Of a stretch of DNA of 57,198 nucleotides, positions 1 through 8,952 are shown piece after piece (the first letter of the stretch is position 1; each line of letters starts with the position of its first letter). Origin of the DNA: Chloroflexota bacterium (GTDB lineage Bacteria > Chloroflexota > Chloroflexia > QHBQ01 > JADMIH01); assembly GCA_027317125.1 (NCBI GenBank), contig DAHVFG010000003.1:1-57198 (forward strand), given 5' to 3'. The notes below the pieces were generated by a model. It was not told the DNA's origin. It made no database searches and was given only the letters and a program-made list of their open reading frames with translations. The translations under genes and the position numbers were made by a program.

Positions 1-1
1 C

Positions 2-1240
2 TTCTACAACATCGATCGGAACAAATTCGCCGCTATATACACCGACCTCTACGCCAAGCGCGAGCCGCTCACAGGGCTGCCGATAAACGTGGCCCCCATA
101 GGCACGGGGATCCTCTGGCTCCCCACCTATGCCCTCACACACCTCGCCCTGCTGGGGGCGCACGCAGTCGGCATCGGCACGCAGGTAGCAGCCGACGGCT
201 ATTCGCAGCCCTATATCACAGCGATCTGCCTCACCTCCTACCTCCTTGGCTGCCTGGGGCTGTTGCTCTGCTACTCGCTGGCGCGCCGCTACTTTGGGGG
301 AAGAGTAGCGGCGGCATGCGTGGTGCTGATGTGGCTGGCCACGCCCCTCATCTTCTACACCGTAATCGCCCCACCCTGGTCGCACGCCACATCCCTCTTC
401 ACAGTGACCCTCTTCATATGGTACTGGTCGAAGACGCGCCGGGAAGAAGGGCGCAGGCTGAGAGAATGGGTGATCCTTGGAGGCATGGGCGGCTTGATGA
501 TGCTGGTGCGCGAACAGGACGCGCTATTCCTGACGATAGTGGGAGTAGAGGCATTGTGGGGGGTAGGGGGCAGGGGGCGTGAGAGGGGAGGGAAGCTCGC
601 GGCATGGCTGCGCTGGGCGGGCGGTCTCGCGGTCATGGGGATAACGGGGGCAATCGTCTTTATCCCACAGCTAATCAGCTACAGAGTAATAACAGGGCGC
701 TTCGGCCCATCCAGAGTGGTTACCGGCAAATTCACATTGACAACGCCCAACGCCCTCTCGGTCCTATTTTCGCCTGAACACGGCCTGCTGGCGTGGACGC
801 CCGTCCTTGTGCTGGCCCTGGGGGGGCTTATCTTGCTGTGGCGAAAGGATAGGCTCATGGGGAGCGCGCTTGTGATAGCTTTCCTGTTACAGGTGTACAT
901 AGCAGGCTCATTCCTGACATGGCAAAGCGCGGGGTCGTTCGGGCAGCGGCGCTTTATCAACTCCACAGCGATCTTCGTGCTGGGGGCATGCGCGCTCACC
1001 TGCTGGGCGTTGGAAAAAGGAGTGTCGAAGTGGGTGGTGGGCGCGGTGGGGGCCTTTTTCATAGCGTGGAATGGGGGGCTATTGATGCAGTACGCGCTCT
1101 GGTGCTCGCAGCAGAGACAGGGGCTGGATTGGGCAACGCTGGTTAGCGGCCAGTTGCAGATGGCGGGCAAGGCGGTTAGCCTGGCGCGAGATTACATAAT
1201 GGAGCGCAGCAGCTTTTACAGGCGGAGCAGGGGCTGTTGA
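2..1240 (+). CDS. Multi-TM GT-C-fold (PMT/GT39-like) glycosyltransferase, 5' truncated by window edge
   Basis: The frame of ORF 89..1240 stays open back to base 2 (FYNIDRNKFAAIYTDLY...). Many hydrophobic helices; motifs PLIFY..PPWSHATSLF and SFGQRRF; first gene of the glycosyltransferase operon. Confidence 0.7.
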   Translation, partial: FYNIDRNKFAAIYTDLYAKREPLTGLPINVAPIGTGILWLPTYALTHLALLGAHAVGIGTQVAADGYSQPYITAICLTSYLLGCLGLLLCYSLARRYFGGRVAAACVVLMWLATPLIFYTVIAPPWSHATSLFTVTLFIWYWSKTRREEGRRLREWVILGGMGGLMMLVREQDALFLTIVGVEALWGVGGRGRERGGKLAAWLRWAGGLAVMGITGAIVFIPQLISYRVITGRFGPSRVVTGKFTLTTPNALSVLFSPEHGLLAWTPVLVLALGGLILLWRKDRLMGSALVIAFLLQVYIAGSFLTWQSAGSFGQRRFINSTAIFVLGACALTCWALEKGVSKWVVGAVGAFFIAWNGGLLMQYALWCSQQRQGLDWATLVSGQLQMAGKAVSLARDYIMERSSFYRRSRGC

Positions 1241-1269
1241 GGCCCTGCGCGAAGGGGGAGGTGGGAGAT

Positions 1270-2337
1270 ATGATTTCTGAGCGGCTTATTAAATCTGTTG
1301 TTTGCGCATCGCCTCTGTGCCGCTTAGGGCTTACTAAAGGGCCACAGCCGCGCGAAGCAGGGTTGCGCTGCCCACGATGCGGGCGCGTCTACGCTATCAA
1401 TGCGGCCGGCTACCTGGACCTTATGCCCCCCGATGCAGGGGCGCATACCTCGCTTTACGTGTCGCACGAAGCCGACTTTGAGGCAGCCCTCGACTACAAG
1501 AGGATAGCGATGCCACTCCTCGGCGCGGCTGTCAGGCAGCGGGCGATCCGGCGGATGCTCAAGCCTCAGAAGAATGATCGGTTGGTAGAATTGGGCTGCG
1601 GCAACGGCAAGTTTGTATACTGGAATCGTATGCAGGTGGATTGGGCAGTGGGCGTAGACCCCGCGCCCCTTTTCGCGAGCGAGGCCCTGGAAAAGGTTGA
1701 CCTTTGTCGCGCTGACGCTCGCGCACTCCCTTTCGAGGCGGGGGCCTTTACCGCCGCCATCTCCATAGACGTGCTGGAGCATCTGCCTTTGCCTGATATT
1801 GTGCTTTACCTGCGTGAAGCGCACCGTACCCTCGCGCCGGGAGGCAGAATATTCATCTTCTCCAACACCCGCGAAGGCTCACGGCTCGACTTTATTGCGC
1901 GCGGCGCCAGGGTGCTATCTCGCCGCCTCGGTGAGGTCGGGATAATTGATGACAGCCGCGACCGCCTGCGCAAATCAGACCACGTGAAGGCGATAGCCAC
2001 TTATCAGCAGCTTGAAGAGATAATGCGCGGCTGCGGCTTCAAGGTGGAGCAAGTGGTATTCTGGAATGGCCTCTTCCAGAGCGTGATCGAGAACCTGGTG
2101 ATGAAGCTCGCCGAGGCCGCGATGCGCAGGTATGGGCGCGGCACAGGCAGATCTTTAAGGGGGCGAAGGAGGGATGAGGCGATGCGCTCATCGGTGAAGC
2201 GGAGGCTTGCGCGCAAGGGGGTGGCTTACCGGGCGATGCTGTTCCTCACCGAGCTGATGTGGCTGGACCTGGCCTTATTCGGGAAATGGCGCGCGGGGCC
2301 GTACTTTCTGCTGGCGCGTCGCGAGGAGCCGCTTTGA
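1270..2337 (+). CDS. Class I SAM-dependent methyltransferase with N-terminal Cys-rich (zinc-ribbon-like) segment
   Basis: Motif I LVELGCGNG, GVDP and DARALPF motifs; N-terminal CASPLC...CPRC. ATG 1270 follows GGAG (ORF track starts at 1237). Confidence 0.85.
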   Translation: MISERLIKSVVCASPLCRLGLTKGPQPREAGLRCPRCGRVYAINAAGYLDLMPPDAGAHTSLYVSHEADFEAALDYKRIAMPLLGAAVRQRAIRRMLKPQKNDRLVELGCGNGKFVYWNRMQVDWAVGVDPAPLFASEALEKVDLCRADARALPFEAGAFTAAISIDVLEHLPLPDIVLYLREAHRTLAPGGRIFIFSNTREGSRLDFIARGARVLSRRLGEVGIIDDSRDRLRKSDHVKAIATYQQLEEIMRGCGFKVEQVVFWNGLFQSVIENLVMKLAEAAMRRYGRGTGRSLRGRRRDEAMRSSVKRRLARKGVAYRAMLFLTELMWLDLALFGKWRAGPYFLLARREEPL

Positions 2338-3530
2338 GGGTGCTCTACATAGCGAGCGCGATAGAGGCGGGGGGCGCATCCGGCGGGGCGGTGCACGTTA
2401 GCGAGGTAGCGTGTGGCCTCGCGGCGCTGGGCCACACGGTGTTGGCGTTGATGCGCCCCCCTTCGTCGGCGGCTCCTACCCCCCGCACATTGCCCTGCGG
2501 CGTGTCGCTTCACACTCTCCCCTGGCCTAAAGAAGTGGCGCTTTTGGGATTGCCGCGCATCGCACGCATCATGCGCGCCTTCGAGCCGGATGTGATCATA
2601 GAGCGTTTCTACAACTTCGCGGGCGCGGGCGTGCTGGTGGCCCACCAGCGCAAAATACCGATCTTGCTTGAAGTAAACGCCCCCATGGTAGACCCGCCGG
2701 GTAGCCTCAAGAGCAAGGTGGACCGACTGCTCATGGGACTAATGCGTCGGTGGGCGGTGCGCCAGGCCGAGTGGAGCGCCGCCATTGTCACCCCTCTGAA
2801 TAGCACGGTGCCCTCGGAGGTAGATCGAGGGGTGATTCATGAGCTGCCTTGGGGTGCCAATGTCGAGCAATTCGATCCTCTGGTGCGCAGCCGAGATGCA
2901 CAGAAGCTCAAAGCGCTCTCCGCGGGGCTGGGGTTGGAGCCTGGCCTGCCTGTGGCTGTTTTCCTCGGTAGCTTCAGAAGCTGGCATGGCGTTGGGCACT
3001 TTGTAGAAGCGGCTCGCAAACTCATTACATCGAGCAGCAACCTGGCTTTTCTCGCTATCGGCGGCGGGGAAAAGCTCCGGTCTGTAGAAGAAGAGGTAGC
3101 CGGTTGGAATCTGCCGCCGGGGAGGGTTGTTTTCACCGGGCCGCAGCCCCACGACCGAGTGCCCGAGCTGCTGGCGCTGGGCGATATGGGAGTAGCCCCT
3201 TTCGATTTGCCCGCGCACGCCCCTCTCACCACATTTGGCTTCTACTGGTCGCCTCTCAAGGTTTTCGAATACATGTCGATGTCTCTGCCTGTCGTCACGA
3301 TAGACGTATCACCCCTCAACGACATCGTGCGAGATGGGCGAGAAGGCTTGCTCTACAGCCCAGGCGACATTGATGCTCTGGCGGAGCGTCTGCGGACGTT
3401 AAGCGTTGATAGCGAGTTGCGCGCCCGCCTCGGCTCCCAGGCACGGGAGCGAGTGAAGGCGCATTATAGCTGGCAGGCCCACTGCGCCGCTCTTGACCGC
3501 CTGCTAAAGCAGATCGCCAATGCAAATTGA
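2334..3530 (+). CDS. Glycosyltransferase family 4 (GT-B)
   Basis: RVLYIAS start, FLGSFRSWHG, SPLKVFEYM, DGREGLL motifs. TTG 2334 overlaps the upstream TGA (TTGA coupling); ORF track start 2259 is probably too far upstream. Confidence 0.9.
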   Translation: MRVLYIASAIEAGGASGGAVHVSEVACGLAALGHTVLALMRPPSSAAPTPRTLPCGVSLHTLPWPKEVALLGLPRIARIMRAFEPDVIIERFYNFAGAGVLVAHQRKIPILLEVNAPMVDPPGSLKSKVDRLLMGLMRRWAVRQAEWSAAIVTPLNSTVPSEVDRGVIHELPWGANVEQFDPLVRSRDAQKLKALSAGLGLEPGLPVAVFLGSFRSWHGVGHFVEAARKLITSSSNLAFLAIGGGEKLRSVEEEVAGWNLPPGRVVFTGPQPHDRVPELLALGDMGVAPFDLPAHAPLTTFGFYWSPLKVFEYMSMSLPVVTIDVSPLNDIVRDGREGLLYSPGDIDALAERLRTLSVDSELRARLGSQARERVKAHYSWQAHCAALDRLLKQIANAN

Positions 3531-4842
3531 CGACCAGCGCCCTTTGAAAGTATGCCTCCTCACCGACGTCTTCCCCCCCGGTAGCGGCGGTAGCGGCTAT
3601 AGTACATATTATCTCGGCACGGCTCTGGCCCAACTTGGGCACGAGGTTCGCGTGATCAGGCCGCGCTATGGTGGTGAGAGCGCCAGCCGCGTGGTGCGCT
3701 ACGGTGCTCTCACAGTTGAGGAATTGTTCGTGCCCCGCCCACCGGCGTGGATGCGGAAGCTGGCGGTGGGCAAAATCTGGACGGAGCGTAAAGCGCGCCG
3801 GCTAATGTCGCGGCGCGCTTACGTACTGGCCGTGCTGGGCGACGCCGATATTCTTCATGGACAACACGCACTCTCGGCGGTCGCGGCCTCTGTCGCGGGT
3901 ATGCGGGCGCAGGCGAAGGGCGCCGCGGTCCGCTCGGTTGCTACAGTGAGAGACTACTGGCCGATCTGTCCGGTGAGCACTCGCCTTTTCAGCGATGGGC
4001 ATGGCGGATATAGAGAATGCCGCGACTGCCACCATTTTGGCGCTTACTTGCGCTGTAGCCGAGCAAGCGGCCTCTCCACGAGCATCGCCGCTGTACCGCG
4101 CTGGCTTAACACCCTCCTCGCAAGCCGCGCTCTTGCGGCCACAGACGCAGTGATAGCTGTCAGCGACTACGTTCGCCACGAGCTTGCGAGGAGCGGCAGG
4201 GTCGCAGCGCGCAAGATCGTCAGCATACCAAACCTGGTTGATATGCAGAGTGTAGCGCTTGCACTTGACGGCCCCTGGCCGTTGAGAGAGATACCACCTG
4301 AAGAGCCATTCTTACTCTTCGCAGGCAAGCTGGACCCTAACAAAGGCGCGCAACTCTTACCGGAGGCGTTGGAACGCTCCAACGTCAGGTTGCCGTTGCT
4401 GATCGCTGGTGTGGGCCCTCTTGAGCAAGAGCTGCGCTCTGAGGCGGGACGTCATGGCCTTAACTTCCGCTTCTGCGATTGGTTGGATAATGATGCGCTG
4501 TTGTTGTTGATGCACCGGGCGCGGGCGCTCCTCTTCCCTTCGGCCTGGCAGGAGCCTTTGAGCAGGGTCCTGCTGGAAGGATGCGCCGCAGGCGCGGCTG
4601 TCGTGGCGCTGAAGACAGGCGGTACATGTGATATTATTAGCCATATGGAAAGCGGCTGGCTGGCTGGCGACATGGTGGATTTTGCGCGAGGTATAAGCGA
4701 AGTAACCGGGGATCTATCGCTCAACGCCCGTCTGCGCGTTGGAGCGCGACTGAGGGCGGAGCAGCACTTCTCCGCTCCTGTAGTCTCGGCCCGCGTTGAG
4801 GCGCTCTACCGCGAGCTATTGCGCAGGCCCGTTGACCGATGA
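3520..4842 (+). CDS. Glycosyltransferase family 4 with Cys-rich insert
   Basis: LLTDVFPP, FAGKLDPNKG, WQEPLSRVLLEG motifs; overlaps the upstream gene. Confidence 0.9.
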   Translation: MQIDDQRPLKVCLLTDVFPPGSGGSGYSTYYLGTALAQLGHEVRVIRPRYGGESASRVVRYGALTVEELFVPRPPAWMRKLAVGKIWTERKARRLMSRRAYVLAVLGDADILHGQHALSAVAASVAGMRAQAKGAAVRSVATVRDYWPICPVSTRLFSDGHGGYRECRDCHHFGAYLRCSRASGLSTSIAAVPRWLNTLLASRALAATDAVIAVSDYVRHELARSGRVAARKIVSIPNLVDMQSVALALDGPWPLREIPPEEPFLLFAGKLDPNKGAQLLPEALERSNVRLPLLIAGVGPLEQELRSEAGRHGLNFRFCDWLDNDALLLLMHRARALLFPSAWQEPLSRVLLEGCAAGAAVVALKTGGTCDIISHMESGWLAGDMVDFARGISEVTGDLSLNARLRVGARLRAEQHFSAPVVSARVEALYRELLRRPVDR

Positions 4843-6092
4843 GGGTGGCCTACTGCGTGCGAGCCATTTTCCCACAGCACGGCTTCGGGGGCCTGGAGCG
4901 GGCGGCCACATCCATAATAAATCACCTGCTCATGCGCGGCGTGGACGTTGCCCTCTTCACTCGCCCGCTCCCGGTTGGGGAGCCTTTCAAGGTTCCTGCC
5001 GGAGCGCGTGGCAGACTAACTGTGCACGCGGTGCGCTATGGGCGCTTGCCTCTACGGCTGCGACCCAACGGCATACCCGCACGCCTCACCAACTATAGAG
5101 CTTTCGTGGCAGACACGGGCAAGCGGGTCAGAGGCTTCGTGCTGCGCGGCGACCTGGACGGCATTTACGCGCAGGGACTTTGCGCCTGGGGGGTGCGCGA
5201 TGCCCCTGAGTGGGGTGTGCCCCTCGTAGCTAACCCTCACGGCCTGGAAGAGTTCAAGGTGCGAGACCCGCTCAAGCGCCTTGCCTACGCGCCTTTTCGC
5301 GCCTGGGTGCGTGCCGGCTGCCGCGCCGCCGACCGCGTGGTGGCAACTGACAAAGCTATGCGCGGCGAAGTGGAGACACTGCTGGGCATAGACCCCGCCA
5401 GAGTAGTGGTGGTCCCTAACGGCGTGGAGATAACTGATGGACTGGTGAATCCAGATCTGCAAGCTCAACTCGCTGCTCGCTGGCCCCAGCTAGTCGCACC
5501 CGCCGCACTGAAGGGTATAAGCGTTGGGAGGTTGGAGGCAAATAAAGGCTTCGAGAATCTCCTGTGGTCGCTCTCAACGCTGCAAAACTCGTTGGAAGAT
5601 GACTGGCTGTGGCTCCTTGTGGGCGAAGGCTCACAAGAGAGCCGCTTGAGGTCGCTAGCAGTTGAAGTCGGGCTTGAGCGCCATTTCTTCTTCGCGGGCC
5701 GCCTCTCCGATCAAGAGCTTCACAGCCTGTACGCTATGTGCAACCTCTTTGTTCACCCGGCGTTATACGAGGGAAGCTCACTCGTGACCCTTGAAGCCAT
5801 GTCTCACGCCCTTCCGGTGGTCGCAAGCGCCGTGGGAGGCATCCCCGACAAAGTGGTTCAAGGCGAGACAGGCTTACTCGTTTCGCCTGGAGACCGGGCG
5901 CAGTTGGCTGCTAAAATCGGCTGGATGGCGGCCCACCCTGTGGAGAGAGCGCAGATGGGCATGCGCGGCGCTACGCAGGCCGCCGATTTTAGCTGGGAGC
6001 GTATAGCCCAGATGACAGAAGGGCTCTTCGCGATGCTCATTGACCAAAAATCAAGCTGCAAAGCCCCGGAGGTGATGCTACGTCCGCGTTAG
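4839..6092 (+). CDS. Glycosyltransferase family 4
   Basis: GFGGLER, VGRLEANKG, PALYEGSSLVTLEAM, GETGLLV motifs; ATGA coupling to the upstream gene. Confidence 0.9.
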   Translation: MRVAYCVRAIFPQHGFGGLERAATSIINHLLMRGVDVALFTRPLPVGEPFKVPAGARGRLTVHAVRYGRLPLRLRPNGIPARLTNYRAFVADTGKRVRGFVLRGDLDGIYAQGLCAWGVRDAPEWGVPLVANPHGLEEFKVRDPLKRLAYAPFRAWVRAGCRAADRVVATDKAMRGEVETLLGIDPARVVVVPNGVEITDGLVNPDLQAQLAARWPQLVAPAALKGISVGRLEANKGFENLLWSLSTLQNSLEDDWLWLLVGEGSQESRLRSLAVEVGLERHFFFAGRLSDQELHSLYAMCNLFVHPALYEGSSLVTLEAMSHALPVVASAVGGIPDKVVQGETGLLVSPGDRAQLAAKIGWMAAHPVERAQMGMRGATQAADFSWERIAQMTEGLFAMLIDQKSSCKAPEVMLRPR

Positions 6093-6133
6093 AAATCCTC
6101 AAGGCGCTCCTCGGCTTACTCATACTCCTCTTT

Positions 6134-8869
6134 TTGCTCTACGTGCCAGGGGCAATAGCGCTCAACTCGCTGGCGGCTCGGCGCAAGGGGTCGCATCTCT
6201 TCTCCGGCATAGACGAGTGGCTTTTCACGGCGGTCTTCATCAGCTTCCTTATTACGGGCCTCGCCGGATTTGTGCTGGCCGAGATAGGCTTGTTTCGCGC
6301 CTGGGTGCTCATCGCGATAGTTGTCGCCTTCTCGCTTTTCATCGCTCTGGTGCTGGGCCAAGCCGCCCCGCGCCTTCGCCCCTTACTCGAGCTTCTACAC
6401 CTTCCTCCCGCATACCCACAGCGGCAGACCGACCGCCGCTACGCTATGATAGGCCGCGCAATGCTCCTTGGGCTGGTTATCCTGGCGGCGGTGCTCTTCG
6501 CCCGGCCTGCCGAGATGCTGCGTGGCGCCCTCGATTCGGGCGTCTATGTGAACTCAGGAGTGGCCCTGGGCCGCACCGGCTCGATCTTCCAGCGCGACCT
6601 GCTCATGCGGCAGCTAAACGACGATGTGGGTGAGGGCAAACAGCTTTTGCAGGAGTTCAACCCGGACCGCTACACACTGACCCGGCTCAAGCTCACAGGC
6701 TTTTACGTCTATGACAAGCAGGCGGCCCTCGTCTTACCCCAGCACTACTCTCTATATCCTCTCTGGATAGGGCTTTTATATGACCTCTTCGGCATCTGGG
6801 GCGCGCTCTACGCCACACCGCTCCTGGCTCTGCTGGCGGTGCTGGCGGTTTACTACTTCGCACGTCGAGTGATTACACAGGAGGCCGCTTTGCTGGCGCT
6901 TATCCTTCTTGTGCTTTGCCCGGTAACGATCTGGTTTGCCCGTTATCCTGTCTCCGAGGTGATTACGGGCCTGCTGGCCTTTGGAGCATTCTTCGCCTTC
7001 GCCCGCATGACGAATTACGAGTCAGGAGTTGCAGATGACGAATCGCCGGAGAGCGCCCGCACCTTCTGGGGGTCGCTCTGGGGGGTGATAGCCGGGGTTG
7101 CCCTGGGACAGATCGCTCTCGCCCGGCCCGATTTCTTTGCTTATCTGCTGCCCGTGCCCTTCTACCTGCTCTACTGGCGGCTTACGCGGCGCTGGCGGAG
7201 ACCACACAGCTGGTTTGCCGCCAGCCTGGCTGTTATCCTCGCGTTGTTCATCCTCCACTTTACCTTCTTCACCTTCGGCTACACGATGGACCTGTATTAC
7301 AATGTTATCCAGGGAGTGCGCCGCAACGCGGGCCTGCTCTTGCTGGCGCTCTATGTGGGCGTCATCTCCCTCGTCGCCCTTGACAGGCTTTACCCCCGCC
7401 TGCGACCTTTCTGGATAAGGCTTGAGGCGGCGCAACTGCGCTACAGGTGGCTCTGGGTGGGTGCGACCGCGGCGGTTGTGGGGTTATACGTCCTTTACCA
7501 TTACGCCTACGGGCCCTGGCAGCCCAATCTTCGCTTTGACAAGGCGGGCAACCCCATAGCCCAGGCTGTGGTTACTACATGGGAGAGCTATATAGGGGCA
7601 CCTGTGGACCAGGGTTCGCGATATAATCTGCTGCGTATAGGGTGGTACCTTTCGCCCGCCGGTGTCGTGCTTGGGGTTGCCGGGTTGCTGCGCCTGATAT
7701 GGTCGCGGCTAAACGCGGCTACAGGACTATTCTTCGGCTCCCTGATAGTGCTCAGCTACGTCTTCATTCAGGAGACTTATACCGAGGCACACTACATCTA
7801 CAGCATGCGGCGCTACATCACAGTGATACTGCCCGCCGTGCTTCTTGGTTATGCCTGGTTCTGTCAGCTTATATGGTCGCGCCTCCGTCCCCGCCGGCTC
7901 GGTACGGTGATCGCCGCGCTGCCCGCGCTGGGGCTTGCTCTTTTCTTTATTTACACCTCGCGGGTGATCATTCCTCATGTGGAGGAGGGCGGCGCGGTGG
8001 CGCAGTTTTCGAGTCTCGCTTCCAACTTCCAGCCCGCCGGTAAGTCGGTGGTCTTATTCAGCAACGATCGCGACGAGCCGAACCTGGTTGCCACCCCTCT
8101 GCAATACATCTACGGCATAGAAAGCTTTGTGGTGAACAGGCCTTATCCTGAGGTCAACAACAGTGTGCTTGAGGGCGTTGTGACGCGTTGGCTCAAGCAA
8201 GGTTACAAGGTGTACGTGATGATGGGGGCCAACGGCGGCAAGCTCCGCTTTGCCGACCTCAAGTTGCAGCCGGTGGGCAGCTGGGAATACTCGGTGCCGG
8301 AGCTTGAGCAGCTTTATTATCAGAAGCCAAGCAATATTTCCAGCGCCTACTTGCCCTGGGGCATCTACTCGGTGGTGAGCGGCACGACGCAGCCTCTGCT
8401 GCCGTTCAACCTCGATGTTGGCGATATGGACTATCCTTCGTTGGTCGATGGCTTCTACAAGCAAGAGCAAGATGGGCCGGGCGCTCCCTTCTGGCGTTGG
8501 ACAGGTGGCGAAGCTCTGGTGCGCCTGCCCTGGCCCCCCTCCGCCGGGGGTAAAACGCTCGGCGCCGCGACGGTGACGCTCAGCTTGCGCCCTGAGACGC
8601 CCGTGCAAGGCAAGCCTTTCCGCAGGACAGTACCCTTGACAGTTACCCTCTCTTTGGACGACACTCCAATAGGCAAGGTGCTAATCCCCCCCGGCTCGCC
8701 TTTCAAGGACTACGCGATAAATGTGCCCGCCGGCCTCCCCAAAAAGGGGAGCGAGGCCGGCTACGCTCTGCTGAAGATAAGCGCGCCCACATGGTCGGGT
8801 GAGCAGGCAGGAATCAGCTATGACACTCGGCGGCTTGGTGTGCAGGTGGACCGGCTTCAGGTTAGATAG
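6134..8869 (+). CDS. Large multi-TM GT-C-like (PMT/ArnT-like) protein with extracytoplasmic C-terminal domain; true start probably near 6080
   Basis: 911 aa with about 13 or more hydrophobic segments; DSGVY and WFARYPVSE motifs; hydrophilic C-terminus containing GFY..EQ...RWTG. Confidence 0.7.
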   Translation: MLYVPGAIALNSLAARRKGSHLFSGIDEWLFTAVFISFLITGLAGFVLAEIGLFRAWVLIAIVVAFSLFIALVLGQAAPRLRPLLELLHLPPAYPQRQTDRRYAMIGRAMLLGLVILAAVLFARPAEMLRGALDSGVYVNSGVALGRTGSIFQRDLLMRQLNDDVGEGKQLLQEFNPDRYTLTRLKLTGFYVYDKQAALVLPQHYSLYPLWIGLLYDLFGIWGALYATPLLALLAVLAVYYFARRVITQEAALLALILLVLCPVTIWFARYPVSEVITGLLAFGAFFAFARMTNYESGVADDESPESARTFWGSLWGVIAGVALGQIALARPDFFAYLLPVPFYLLYWRLTRRWRRPHSWFAASLAVILALFILHFTFFTFGYTMDLYYNVIQGVRRNAGLLLLALYVGVISLVALDRLYPRLRPFWIRLEAAQLRYRWLWVGATAAVVGLYVLYHYAYGPWQPNLRFDKAGNPIAQAVVTTWESYIGAPVDQGSRYNLLRIGWYLSPAGVVLGVAGLLRLIWSRLNAATGLFFGSLIVLSYVFIQETYTEAHYIYSMRRYITVILPAVLLGYAWFCQLIWSRLRPRRLGTVIAALPALGLALFFIYTSRVIIPHVEEGGAVAQFSSLASNFQPAGKSVVLFSNDRDEPNLVATPLQYIYGIESFVVNRPYPEVNNSVLEGVVTRWLKQGYKVYVMMGANGGKLRFADLKLQPVGSWEYSVPELEQLYYQKPSNISSAYLPWGIYSVVSGTTQPLLPFNLDVGDMDYPSLVDGFYKQEQDGPGAPFWRWTGGEALVRLPWPPSAGGKTLGAATVTLSLRPETPVQGKPFRRTVPLTVTLSLDDTPIGKVLIPPGSPFKDYAINVPAGLPKKGSEAGYALLKISAPTWSGEQAGISYDTRRLGVQVDRLQVR

Positions 8870-8872
8870 CAA

Positions 8873-8940
8873 GGCGGAATTATGAATTATCAATGCGAGC
8901 ACGAAATCGTAATCTATAATTCATAATTTATGATTCCGCC
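8873..8940. repeat. AT-rich heptamer (AATTATG/CATAATT) inverted-repeat element
   Basis: ggcggaattatgaattat ... ataattcataatttatgattccgcc, intergenic; same family at 10584, 13225 and 23961. Confidence 0.8.
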
Positions 8941-8952
8941 GAAGGCGGGGAG

